NCBI RefSeq assembly: GCF_006345805.1
Contig: NC_043002.1
Location: 71,734,001-71,798,000 of the forward strand
Source: Octopus sinensis
Lineage: Eukaryota
Length of the DNA: 64,000 nt
Reading direction: 5' to 3'
Positions within the stretch are counted from its first letter, which is position 1; every line of letters begins with the position of its first letter. The notes below the pieces were generated by a model that saw only the letters and a program-made list of their open reading frames with translations, did not search any database and had not been told where the DNA came from. A program made the translations under genes and the position numbers. Of the stretch, positions 51,344-64,000 are shown one piece after another.

Positions 51344-51580
51344 GTACATATATATATATATACGCGTACTTTTTCTCTTGATCTTTTATCTAGTGTATGT
51401 TTGTGTTCTCTGGTAGCGCTAGAGTTGAGAAGATTCATGCTCTATTAACGAGTTGACAGTCATCACACACATATACATAAAGTTTGCTACATCATTCAGC
51501 GGTGAAATTATTACGGAGTCAAAAACTATATATCTCTCTCTCTCTCTTCCCCTCCGTCTCCCTCTCTGTCTGTCTCTCTC

Positions 51581-51660
<80 letters not shown>

Positions 51661-52279
51661 ACGAAGATTCTACAGAGGAATGCCAGCTTATTTCTACGTC
51701 AGGGAAAATAATTGGTATAACCAAAATAAAAGGGTATTTGATAAATTCCACAGAGAAGAAAAAAAAAAAGAATTAGTTTTAAATGTTTCTTAGTTGCTTT
51801 GTTGTTGCTGGTATTTGTTTTGTTTTTTGGGGGTTTTTTTGGCTATTTTTATAAAATTAATTTTATTATTTCGAAACTTTTGAAACCAAACGATTTGTTT
51901 CTTGCTTCGAAAATTTTAAATTAGAATGAAATGTTGATGGTGTGTCGTAAAAATTATTGCATGCATACATCTAATGATTACAATCCGGTTAATTTTACTC
52001 TAATTGGACATCTATTCAGTGAAGAAGTTGTTTGATCCGAACTACAAAAATCGGCATGTAGATTGATCTTTAACGTTGAGGTGCTTGCAATCCTTTTATT
52101 TTGACATTCACTTTTTGTAAATCTAGGGCCAGCTCAATTGAGATCGTGATATTTTACAACGCCATTACGAGTATGCATGACATTTATTACACCGTTTCTT
52201 TTGCTAAACATCGAACGATGAAATATTTCTCCTATAAATCTAATAATGTAATTTCCTTTCCAAGGAACAAATTTGCTTT

Positions 52280-52312
52280 TATTATCATCACCATCATCAT
52301 CACCATCATCAC

Positions 52313-52364
<52 letters not shown>

Positions 52365-52370
52365 GTCATC

Positions 52371-52435
<65 letters not shown>

Positions 52436-52440
52436 CACTA
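52280..52440. repeat. compound (ATC)n/(ATT)n trinucleotide repeat
   Basis: Directly visible. Confidence 0.95.
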
Positions 52441-52444
52441 TTAT

Positions 52445-52652
52445 TAGGGCGGCGAGCTGGCAGAATCGTTAGCGCGCTGGACGAAAGCGGTATTTCACCC
52501 GTTGATACGTTCTGAGTTCTAATTCCACCGAGGTCGACTTTGCCTTTCATCCTTTCAGGTATTGATAAATTAAATACCAGTGAAACACCGGGGTGTGTGG
52601 AATTGACAAGTCCCCTCCCCACAAATTTGAAGCCTTGTGCCTCCACTAGGAA
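52445..52652 (+). mobile_element. SINE S1
   Basis: GGCGGCGAGCTGGCAGAATCGTTAGC head and the S1 body. Confidence 0.9.
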
Positions 52653-52654
52653 GG

Positions 52655-52699
<45 letters not shown>

Positions 52700-53135
52700 T
52701 TGTTGGCGAGCTTGCTACCTGCAGCTTACGGTACCGTGCCAGCCATTTTTTTCAGCTATCTAATACTTTCCTGATTATTCTGGCCGTGCCAAGAAGGCAA
52801 ACATTTTGTAACGATATGAATCAACATTCCTTTCATTCAGGCCCGTCTTGGATTACACAAAACCAACAGCTCTATACGTGAGACTGTACAGAACGATTTG
52901 AGATAGGCTTTTCTAGTATTTCTATTGGTTCGAGCATCCACCTAAATATTTCCAATTTGACCTCTTGTACACACACATACACACACACACACGCACAAAC
53001 ACACACATACATACTCACACACACAAACATTAGCATACCTCTATACATCGTAGTCCCTCCATGTCTTTTTATTGAATGAGTATATAATTAAACACCATGA
53101 AATCTGTAGATGTATGCTCACTATCATTCTATCTA

Positions 53136-53378
53136 CAAGGTGGCCCAGAAGTAGGTTTACAGTTATCACGTTGGCCCTTTAAATTTCTTTGAATACATCT
53201 TATTGCATTTAAATTTTTATCTTACAAACTGAAAAGGGAGCTTGGCAAAATTAACCAATTTAGCATAGAATAATGGTTTCATTATAGCATATAATAATGG
53301 TTTTTAAGTTCTAGACTGTTGATATATGAATGCGAAAGAGATAGTTGAATAACTGCAAACCTACTTTTGGGCCACCAG
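53136..53378. mobile_element. Tc1/mariner-type MITE
   Basis: TA|CAAGGTGGCCCAGAAGTAGGTTTACAGTTAT ... ATAACTGCAAACCTACTTTTGGGCCACC inverted termini. Confidence 0.8.
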
Positions 53379-54551
53379 CGCAAATTTCAATAGAGAGATC
53401 AACTACTTATCTATATAACTATTGTTAACTGCCCCAAAAATAATTTGTCTTAAAAGAATGCACATTCAATGGCAATCGTGTGTCTTTTAGTGCTCACTAA
53501 CATGATATCTAAAACTGGCCAATGTTGAACCCACAATATTGTTGCTCGACTTCTTAGAAATAGCAGTCAAATCTGTCTGAACTCCGATTTAGAGAATAAT
53601 GAAGGAAAAAAATAATAATTTGGTCTGTCAAATATGAGGGCTCGTCATGCCTGGATCAGCGTCGATCATAAGTCTGCTCGATCATTCGAAGACCTAGGGC
53701 TAAATAACTACTACAGAGAAACTTTAGATATCGCGGTTATCGCGGATATCCTCAACGGTTACCATCGAAGTGAAAGCAAAAATGCTATGCACTAAGAGAA
53801 TAGAACACCAGACTACAATACGACAAAAGACGAAATAGAACAAGTATTAGAAACACTCTAGAAATATTTATTCTTTATTAAACCTTTTTTGGATTCTTCA
53901 GTTGAATAAAATACTCTTTGAACTGAACAATGTTTCACTGATAATTTGTTTTGTTTTTTTGGGCTTTTATACTTTTGTCTTGTGTATGTTTTAGTTTTGT
54001 ATTTCTTTTTAATAATGGAAACGAGTTTGGTTTGTTGAAGCGTTGAATTAATCTTCTTCTGGTCTTTGTTTTTATTTGTTCACGTAGCGTTTACGATTGT
54101 GATGGATGATAAGAAGTCGGAGATAGCGGATGTTCTTATCGTCTTTTTATCATTATTTATTTATTTTTTTAATATAATGTTGAATCTATTTTTTGGTGTT
54201 CCAGCAATTGTTGGTCTCCTTATTGTTCTTTGCACTTTTCTTTACCATAGTAACTGTTTTTGTCGACGCCATTTTAAACGCTGTTTTTGTTGCTGTAGTC
54301 GTTGCCGCATTCATTCATATTGTTGCTGCCGATGGCATTTAGTTTGCTAAACGTTTAATCTGCATAATTAAAAGCAATTATATAGAAGGCAATGTTATAC
54401 AGACAAGATTCTCATATTCATCGCAGATTTACGTCAAAGAATCCTATAACACCAGCTGCCATCAGAGGTACCCAGTTTGCGGAATGATCCACATACAGAC
54501 ACAATCACATATGTAAATATCTACATATACACACGCACAGACACGTGTGTG

Positions 54552-54599
<48 letters not shown>

Positions 54600-54795
54600 G
54601 TGTGCGTGTAAATACTTTTGTCTATAGTGGCAGCTGGTGTCACTTATGTAATTCGATGATCAGAAATCTACATTAAACGCGAGAATTTAGCTTGTATAAT
54701 ATTAAATACATAATCATAATCGTGGATCAAGACAATAATACATTCTCTATTCCCATTTTTTATCTATAAATCTATCACTCTAACTACCTACTCAC

Positions 54796-54861
<66 letters not shown>

Positions 54862-55526
54862 TACTCTATCTCTCTCCATCTCCCTCTTGCTCACCCTCTC
54901 TTTCTCTCTCTCGGATGAAGTGAAAGTATCCGAAACGTTAAATTCAGAAACTAAACACGAGAAATGGAATTTTAGAAACGCATATTGTGTATATGTGCGT
55001 ACGTGCATGTGTGTGAAAGTGTGTGTATATGTGTGTGCAATACTAGAGACATGCATACATATATTTCTATATGTGTGTACGTATACATAAATATATGCAT
55101 ATATACATATATATGCATACACACACTCGCACATATTCATACACACTCACACATGCACACACACACACAAGTATATATATATATATACATATAAGAGAAC
55201 AAAGTGTACGTACGCCACTATATATATATATATATATATATATAATACAAAATGGGACAAGAACGCAAAACATCCGGACAACTAGGTGATACAAAAAGGG
55301 ACAACAAAACATCCAGGTAGACGATACAAAATAAATCAAGGACGGGTCATTCGAGGCTTTCTATCCTCAGTCAAGAACCAGATCGTCCGCGCAAATTCGG
55401 CTGATTAATCTTGAGATTGCTCCAATCTGGCCAGCCCCAAGGAAAAACTAAGCTGAGAGCATTAGATTCCTTGGAAGAAATCATCGAAAAAACAGACGAT
55501 TTTACACAAATGTAAATACAAAATAC

Positions 55527-55568
<42 letters not shown>

Positions 55569-55803
55569 CAGGACATAACAACAGGTGTCTTTCGCCTGGG
55601 GATGAATTGAATTCAGCTGGCGTGTGTGGAAATGAAGCCTTACGGCAGAGATACAATAATTTCACAAACACAGGGAAGAATATCAATGTGGCAGTGACCC
55701 GGTTAAAGTAGTGAGGAAGGCAGGACAATGGGATATTGGAATATTTGAGCAATCGGAACCCACACCTTGGCCTAAACTCCTATATTCTGTATGTCTGTAT
55801 GTG

Positions 55804-55842
<39 letters not shown>

Positions 55843-55861
55843 GTCTGTCTGTCTGTCTGTA

Positions 55862-56167
55862 TACGAGAAGTCAAAAATTATCTGCACATAACATATCTTT
55901 ATTATTGTCACACTGCCTTCTGCGCATGCGTGCTTATAGTTGGTACTGTTGTGGCCACGTGATCGAAGTTTGAGCCTGATCACACATTTTTCCTTTCTAG
56001 CTTTACAGTATTCACTCGACCGCTCCACTAGCAATGTGCACCAAAGAAGAACAACGCGCAGTGATTCGATTTCTCTGGTCGGGGGTGTGTCAGGTGCTGA
56101 AATTCATCGGAGAATTTTAGCACAGTATTCGGACAGTGCACTCCCACGTAGTGCATTTTATATTGGA
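55862..56167 (+). mobile_element. mariner 5' end fragment
   Basis: TACGAGAAGTCAAAAATTATCTGCAC TIR-like start, then MCTKEEQRAVIRFLWS/GVSGAEIHRRILAQYSDSALPRS (mariner N-terminal HTH). Truncated at (TA)n. Confidence 0.85.
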
Positions 56168-56712
56168 CATATATATATATATATATATATGAACATAAAA
56201 ATAGTTTAATCAACATTCGCCTCGCATATGTATATAATAGTCACAGTACTCAGGTTTGTATTGAGGACATGTTTTGTAATGCAAATTAAGCATAAAAAAG
56301 CATACAATCGTTCATTAACTGCAGAGGGAAACGTTGAATTCTGCAACGAATTAAAGGAATAGATATGAAATATTCCAAGATATTCCAGTTCTAACCGCCA
56401 AAGTCTACTTGAATACATTTACAGGTAAAATGTATCTGCTGGTACATTTACAGGTAAAACGGTTTGCTTGCTAGAAAACATAAAGAAACTATGTCAGGGA
56501 ATATATTCTTGGATTCAGACTCTGAAAATTCTCACCTCATAATAAGGATCTATATGCATTAGAAAATATCATACAGGGATTAATTATGAATATTGCTTTT
56601 AAAAACAAATGACAATGATTTTCTACATACGTAATAGTATCTACCAAACGACTACTCGTATTCAGAGACTAAACAAGACACATCAAAGTCCATCGTAATA
56701 AGTAACGAATGT

Positions 56713-57052
56713 AGGCGCAAGAGTGGCTGTGTGGTAAGTAGCTTGCTTACCAACCACATGGTTCCGAGTTCAGTCCCACTGCGTGGCACCTTGGGCAAGT
56801 CTCTTCTACTATAGCCTTGGGCCGACCAAAGCCTTGTGAGTGGATTTTGTAGACGGAAACTGAAAGAAGCCCGTTGTATATATGTATATATATATGTGTG
56901 TGTGTGTATGTTTGTGCGTCTGTGTTTGTCCCCCTAGCATTGCTTGATAACCAATGCTGGTATGTTTATGTCCCCGTCACTTAGCGGTTCGGTAAAAGAG
57001 ACCGATACAGCATGGCCGCCGTCAAATGACTGAAACAAGTAAAAGAGTAAAA
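56713..57052 (+). mobile_element. SINE S2
   Basis: Homologous to 5520-5920. Confidence 0.9.
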
Positions 57053-58249
57053 TTGTAATTCCTACATAAAAAAAGCAATAGCAGTTTATAGAATAAATCA
57101 ATGCAGAATCAAAAATTATAACAAGAAGTTGTAACATCAATTATTTTCTTCACACTGAAAAACCACAAATACTGTTTCAGGATTTTAAACTATCTGGGTG
57201 AGGGTATTGTAAGAATACCGAAGATAGAGTAAACGCTGATAATTAAACATGTCTCTACATTCAAATGTATGGAATGACACCACTTCAATAAAGTTGAACA
57301 TAAATACAGCGATATCCAGTTCAATGGCAATCAGTATAATATAATCTTTAGTAAGCCAAGACCTTCACCTAATAGCCTTTTAATTTGCCAAAATAGGCAC
57401 AAATATCATACAATCAGCATACAACGATTTTAAATTAAGTAGGTTTGGTGGAGCAAGAACTCTTAGAGAAAAATTTCTTTCTTAATCCATCTAAGAGAAC
57501 ATGAATTTACATGTATATTTTTGTCGGTGTTTTAGTTTTAACTAGTGAAACAGGACAGTGGATAGCATGGCAGTCTTACAATGCGAATAATTACAGTATT
57601 GAACAAATTGAGTGTGAAGAAGGCAATCGAACCAAGAAATTACAACGGCAAATTTCGTGAAACGTTTTCACTAACAGAAAGTAACACTAATCTTTTAGCA
57701 AGTCGAGTAGAGCTGATTTTATGTACTATATAAACACAGAGTATCATGAAACATGTACTCATAATAATTGATAAAGTCTAACTTAACAATACCGCAGAAT
57801 ATCTGAATGCGGTACCAAGACGCAGGTGGTGTGAATACAAATAACTACCACTCTAATTGTGTTGTGTAGACTACGTTTACGTATATGGCATAATCGACTA
57901 ACCAGCACTGTTTCAAAGTGAAAGTCTCAGAATACTCTCAGTCTGTAAAATATTATTTGATGCGATAGATACTCCACCAGCTGGACAAAAAGTAACATAT
58001 GTCAACACCCATTAAAATTTAGCCAGGGAAAATTTTGCAAGTAAACGAAGAAAAATAATCCATATACACCGTGTACAGCGAGATCTCGAACGAATATTAG
58101 CATATATATTCTTAATACGTTAAGACATATTGGCATAAATATAGTCTAAATACGTTTAAACAAAAAAAATATGCTAGTCGCAGTAATGGAGAAAACCTCT
58201 TTAATGATGTTAGCGTGTTCAACACACTCGACGCAGAAAATTCTGGAGC

Positions 58250-58720
58250 ATCGGTGTTTCCACATGATGTGTCTCATCCTCTAGAAGTACCCCGGACCTT
58301 TGAGTCTAACCGAGCAGATTGCCAGGTTATACTTTCAGCGTACAAAATGTTTACTGATGTTGCTTATATCTGCCTATCGGCATGATATCCTTGTTTGCAC
58401 CGTTTACAGCAAGATAGTCGATAAGCAATTTCTGAATTATAAAACCTTGCCTCCTAACTGAAAGGGGTATAATTAAAGCATTCATACGATGGTGATTTGT
58501 CTCCTAACTATATATTAGTAAGTTATATGATACTCTCAGAAAAATCACCAGCATCCATTAACAGTTCATTGATAGTCTCTTGCATAATTGACAGTGTCAA
58601 CGTATCAGCGATTTCAAATTTCATAAAAATGAAGATGTGAAAACCACCAGCTTTTGCAGAACAAAATTAGATAAGGCAATAAAACATGCAAACAATTTTA
58701 AATTATTTGCTTCCTACACA
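58250..58720 (+). mobile_element. highly degenerate pogo/Tigger transposase remnant
   Basis: LPPN followed by GIIKAF-like codons. Confidence 0.4.
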
Positions 58721-59176
58721 GAAGTGCAAGTGTGGCATCCATAACGTTTCTCAGGACCTCTTAAACAGATAGGCGGAAGGGCTACAGGTGTCTTCAGGGA
58801 AGAGACATAAACTAAATTCTTTTGACAGAGTAAAAACATACAATTTTGAAACGGGACACGGATTGGGTGTGTAACATCAAAATAAGAACGATCCATACAA
58901 ATTGTATTACTGCCAACAATGTTCCATTTACACGGGTTTAATTGAATTCAAAAATTACATCTTGAGAAAGCCATTCGTTCATCGGAGGTGCTACGCATTG
59001 TGGTTTCATCCCCAAACGCTTAGCCGTAAATTAAAATACTTAATCATACTGGAATGGTTTTCTCATATGCAATCGTTATGAGTATCATATATATATATAC
59101 ACATGCATATATACATATATAAGTACTTACATACAACTGGTACATACATGTATGTTGATACGCACACACACACACA

Positions 59177-59194
<18 letters not shown>

Positions 59195-59211
<17 letters not shown>

Positions 59212-59437
59212 TTTACTACCCACAAGGGGCTAAACATAGAGGGGAGAAAAAGGGACAGGCAAAGGGATTAAGTCGATTATATCGACCCAGTGCGAAACTG
59301 GTACTTTATTTATCGACCCCGAGAGGATGAAAGGCAAAGTCGACCTCGGCGGTATTTGAACTCAGAACGTAGCGACAGACGAAATATCGCTAAGCATTTC
59401 GCCCGGCGCGCTAACGTTTCTGCCAGCTCGCCGCCTT

Positions 59438-59524
<87 letters not shown>

Positions 59525-59891
59525 TATATGTGTTTGCGCATGTATGTGTGTGTAAAGACAGACAGATATATAGTTAATTTATAGTAAATAGCTAACAATT
59601 TACCGATGCTTTTGAAGCCTTCTATTCTTCAAACAATACTAAAGAATACAAATAAGCTCGGTACTTTTATTCTGAAAGAAAACATTCGAAAACAGTCCAG
59701 TGTTCTGCTTGGTTGATCAGAATAACGTAACAATTGATGCATGACAGTTTTTACGGGTAAAGAATATTTGCGAATATCGACGGAAATATGATCACAGTCA
59801 AATATATATATATCCCAAAATGATATTGCGTACAGATATATCCATCTATCAATCTAATTATATATCTATCTATCTATCTAACTATCTATCC

Positions 59892-59950
<59 letters not shown>

Positions 59951-59985
59951 ATCTATCTATCTATCTATCTATCTCTCTCTCTCTC

Positions 59986-60036
<51 letters not shown>

Positions 60037-60303
60037 CTTTACTACCCACAAGGGGCTAAACATAGAGGGGAGAAAAAGGGACAGGCAAAGGGATTAAGTC
60101 GATTATATCGACCCAGTGCGAAACTGGTACTTTATTTATCGACCCCGAGAGGATGAAAGGCAAAGTCGACCTCGGCGGTATTTGAACTCAGAACGTAGCG
60201 ACAGACGAAATATCGCTAAGCATTTCGCCCGGCGCGCTAACGTTTCTGCCAGCTCGCCGCCTTTATATGTGTGTGTGTTGTGTGTGTGTGTGTGTGTGTG
60301 GTG

Positions 60304-60340
<37 letters not shown>

Positions 60341-60705
60341 TATATGTGTTTGCGCATGTATGTGTGTGTAAAGACAGACAGATATATAGTTAATTTATAG
60401 TAAATAGCTAACAATTTACCGATGCTTTTGAAGCCTTCTATTCTTCAAACAATACTAAAGAATACAATAAGCTCGGTACTTTTATTCTGAAAGAAACATT
60501 CGAAAACAGTCCAGTGTTCTGCTTGGTTGATCAGAATAACGTAACAATTGATGCATGACAGTTTTTACGGGTAAAGAATATTTGCGAATATCGACGGAAA
60601 AATGATCACAGTCAAATATATATATATCCCAAAATGATATTGCGTACAGATATATCCATCTATCAATCTAATTATATATCTATCTATCTATCTAACTATC
60701 TATCC

Positions 60706-60773
<68 letters not shown>

Positions 60774-60786
60774 CTCTATCTATCTA

Positions 60787-60847
<61 letters not shown>

Positions 60848-60850
60848 ATC
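59195..60850. repeat. near-identical 826-bp tandem duplication including an S1 SINE
   Basis: SINE starts at 59211 and 60037. The unique spacer is duplicated. Junctions fall in (TA)n. Confidence 0.95.
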
Positions 60851-60861
60851 TATCTATCTAG

Positions 60862-60924
<63 letters not shown>

Positions 60925-60949
60925 ATCTATCTATCTATCTATCTGTCTG

Positions 60950-60991
60950 TCTGTATGTATGTATGTATGCATGTATGTATGTATGTGAATA

Positions 60992-61032
<41 letters not shown>

Positions 61033-61238
61033 GCAAAACACACACACATGCACAAACATATATGCTTGCAAAAATTCACATATATAGCCGCATATATATT
61101 CACATATATAGTTCGCTTCCCTATATATATATGTGTGGGGGGATAGTGGATGTGTGTATGTATGTATGTATGTATGTATGTATGTATGTATGTGTATGTA
61201 TGTATGCATGTATGTATGTATGTGAATACGCATATATA

Positions 61239-61276
<38 letters not shown>

Positions 61277-61465
61277 GCAAAACACACACACATGCACAAA
61301 CATATATGCTTGCAAAAATTCACATATATAGCCGCATATATATTCACATATATAGTTCGCTTCCCTATATATATATGTGTGGGGGGATAGTGGATGTGTG
61401 TATGTATGTATGTATGTATGTATGTATGTATGTATGTATGTATGTATGTATGTGTGTATGTATGT
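60950..61465. repeat. tandem duplication of about 245 bp bounded by (TATG)n
   Basis: GTGAATACGC...GGGATAGTGGATG occurs twice. Confidence 0.93.
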
Positions 61466-61821
61466 GTATAGATTCTTTTATTCTTTTTTCTTTTACTTGT
61501 TTTACTCATTTGAATGCGGCCATGCTAGAGAAGCAACTTGAAGGGCTTTATTTGTCTTATTTCTTAAGCCTAATATTTATTCTATTGGTTCTTTTGCAGA
61601 ACCGTTAAGGAACGGCGATGTAAACACACCAACACCGGTTGTATGAGAAACACATACACAAAGACACACACACCGAGAACTCACAAGCCTCTTTCCACAC
61701 AGTTCTATATTTAAGAGATGAGGAATTATGTACAACGTTTCGGCTGCTATATCCTTCATCAGGTGTCTTGGGGAATTTTCGAACCTAAGGTATTTTTCGA
61801 TGCTATTATTATTACTATTAT

Positions 61822-62162
61822 GTGAAGGCGCATGGCTCAGTGGTTAGAGCGTCGAGCTTACGATCGTGAGGTTGTGAGCTCGAATCCCGGACCGGGCTGC
61901 GTGTTGTGTTCTCGAGCAAGGCACTTTATTTCACGTTGCTCCAGTTCACTCAGCTGTAGAAATGAGTTGCGACGTCACTGGTGCCAAGCTGTATCGACCT
62001 TTGTCTTTCCCTTGGATAACACTGGTGGTGTGGAGAGGGGAGGCTGGTATGCATGGGCGACTGCTGGTCTTCCATAAACAACCTTGCCCAGACTTGTGTC
62101 TAGGAGGGTAACTTTCTAGGTGCAATCCCATGGTCATTCATGACCGAAGGGGGTCTTTACCC
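61822..62162 (+). mobile_element. young full-length SINE S3 with 16-bp TSD
   Basis: TSD TTATTATTACTATTAT at 61806-61821 and 62163-62178. Intact A and B boxes. Confidence 0.95.
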
Positions 62163-63429
62163 TTATTATTACTATTATTCATGTCACTGCCTGGAATCGT
62201 GAAATGTGAATGGGTTTAATCAGGGATGTGTTTGTAGGATTTTGCGTACAGACAAGCGATTCTCTTCCTTATATTAAGAACGAATGCCTAATATGTGAAT
62301 ATTTTCATATTCTTCTTAATATATAGTTTGCATCTGCTGCTATACCTCGTGCACATTTTTACTATTGTTACGACATTTGTTTGATATTTTGATTCAGTAC
62401 TCTTCGATCTTTCAGATCCTATAAACTTTTGAAAGTGAAATGCAGTTACTTTTTCTACATCCCTAGGATGTCTATGGTGCATGTCCGCACGTCAGTCCTA
62501 ATAGTGCAGACATATGATCAAACGCATTCTAACCAGGGAAATCCAATCCCGTCTTTTCAAGCCTATCGAGAAATATATTGGATTTTCAAACAGATTCGTT
62601 GGTTTTATTTTCTAATTTCTTTTTGCTCTTCTTTTTCATCATATAACTGAAAAGAGGTAAAATTTATTCAGAATTTAAAAACGATGAACAAAAGTTTCTA
62701 GAGGAAGAGAAAAACTCCAACAGAAAAGAACATAAAACAGTAAATATCAATTGGTCTTAATTCAAATATCATTAAAAAGAAACAAACGAATCTCACAGTG
62801 TGACATCATCCAGTATGCCCTTCTCTTTCCCTAGACTCTAGCGTGTAATCTGAGGCTAACTTATTATTTCTAGTAGGAGGAGTGGTAATGTGGAGATTTT
62901 CTGGACGGAACATCTTACTCGTGTATTTTCTCAGTGTTAAGGTTTAATTTTGTACAGTATTATAAACACTTTCTAATTCTGCTTGTTAGCCAGTTTTTGC
63001 TTTCCGCTTATGTTTGACTTTAGTTATTTTTTTCATATTTTGCTTCATTGCAGATTTCATATCATAATAGCTACAAACGTGTTTGTTTTGCGATTCTTCT
63101 CTGGTTATAAATTGAAGCTTTTCTTTTATGATTTCCTTTACTTATTTTCTCTGTTTCAATCTCTTTTTCTCTTGGCGTTTCGCTTTCATCGTGTGTGCTA
63201 CTAGCTTTTGTATTACATCTAAGCGCAATTTTATTTAGAGAAAATATTTTATGCTTTGTTATATTCCTAAGCCTATTTAATATTACTTCTTTTTTAAGAG
63301 GTTCATATTAATCATACGTTTGATACTTTGAAATATAGGTTTCCATCTCAATAGAAAGGCTTCTCGCTAAGTGACGATAATAGATATTATTACTATCGAT
63401 AAAAATGTGGAAACTAAGCATATTATTAC

Positions 63430-63467
<38 letters not shown>

Positions 63468-63493
63468 TATTATATTATTATTATTATTATTAC

Positions 63494-63547
<54 letters not shown>

Positions 63548-63684
63548 CTTGCATTTTTCATGGTTTGAGAACTACATCAAGCGTTTCCTTCCTACAAATA
63601 AGAATTAAGTACATCTCAAAGAACATGTATAAACGTGTTCATGAATTACAATGATACCGAAGTTTACGAAAATACTAGTTTCAT

Positions 63685-63900
63685 AGGTGAGCTGACAGAA
63701 TCGTTAGTACGCAGGGCAAATGGTTAGTAGCGTTTGGTCTGTCTTAAAGCTTTGAGTTCAAATTCCGCCAAGATCGACTTTACCTTTCATCCTTTCGGGA
63801 CCCATAAAATAAGTTCCATTTAAACACTGGAGTTGACGTAGTCGGTTTAGCACCTCCACTGAAATTGCAGGTCCTGCGTCAAATTATGTAATTATTATTG
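63685..63900 (+). mobile_element. degenerate SINE S1
   Basis: GGTGAGCTGACAGAATCGTTAG head and the S1 body. Confidence 0.85.
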
Positions 63901-64000
63901 TTATTATTTCTTTCTGGTTATTGAAACAAAGTTCAGGTTTGATCTCATTCCTAGTAGGACTTATGTGGATAGGAGGATACTACTTGTGACCTTTCAGTGG

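Noticed and set aside
55243-55490. Hammerhead-like CTGAGGA...GAAT motif on the minus strand
   Set aside because: GAAA is broken and stem I cannot be paired.
61822-61900. tRNA-like A and B boxes as true tRNA genes
   Set aside because: They continue into multi-copy SINE bodies with tails and TSDs.
62460-62940. Plus-strand acceptor-like sites followed by short open frames
   Set aside because: No convincing donor or phase chain and no recognisable product.

Overview
AT-rich, microsatellite-saturated animal genomic DNA. The SINE families and repeat landscape look like an Octopus-type cephalopod (inference, not a database result). Most of the ORF track is microsatellite noise. The window is dominated by degenerate mobile elements: several tRNA-head SINE families, L1/Tx1, RTE and CR1-type LINE fragments, a Penelope GIY-YIG fragment, mariner/Tc1, Tigger and hAT derivatives, and a Helitron-like element. 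Three things stand out. (1) At 37.6-40.1 kb, two unrelated tandem units of about 475 bp sit between (TA)n tracts, and each carries a foldable type I hammerhead ribozyme (retrozyme or Penelope pLTR-like). (2) A tentative minus-strand gene of small phase-compatible exons (about 13.3-42.6 kb) includes a tandemly duplicated, frame-preserving pair of 25-nt and 11-nt microexons; the ribozyme units lie in its putative introns. (3) A near-perfect hairpin with 167-bp arms lies at 25.4-25.7 kb. All folds, alignments and gene models were made by eye and need computational and RNA confirmation. Coordinates of degenerate repeats are approximate.
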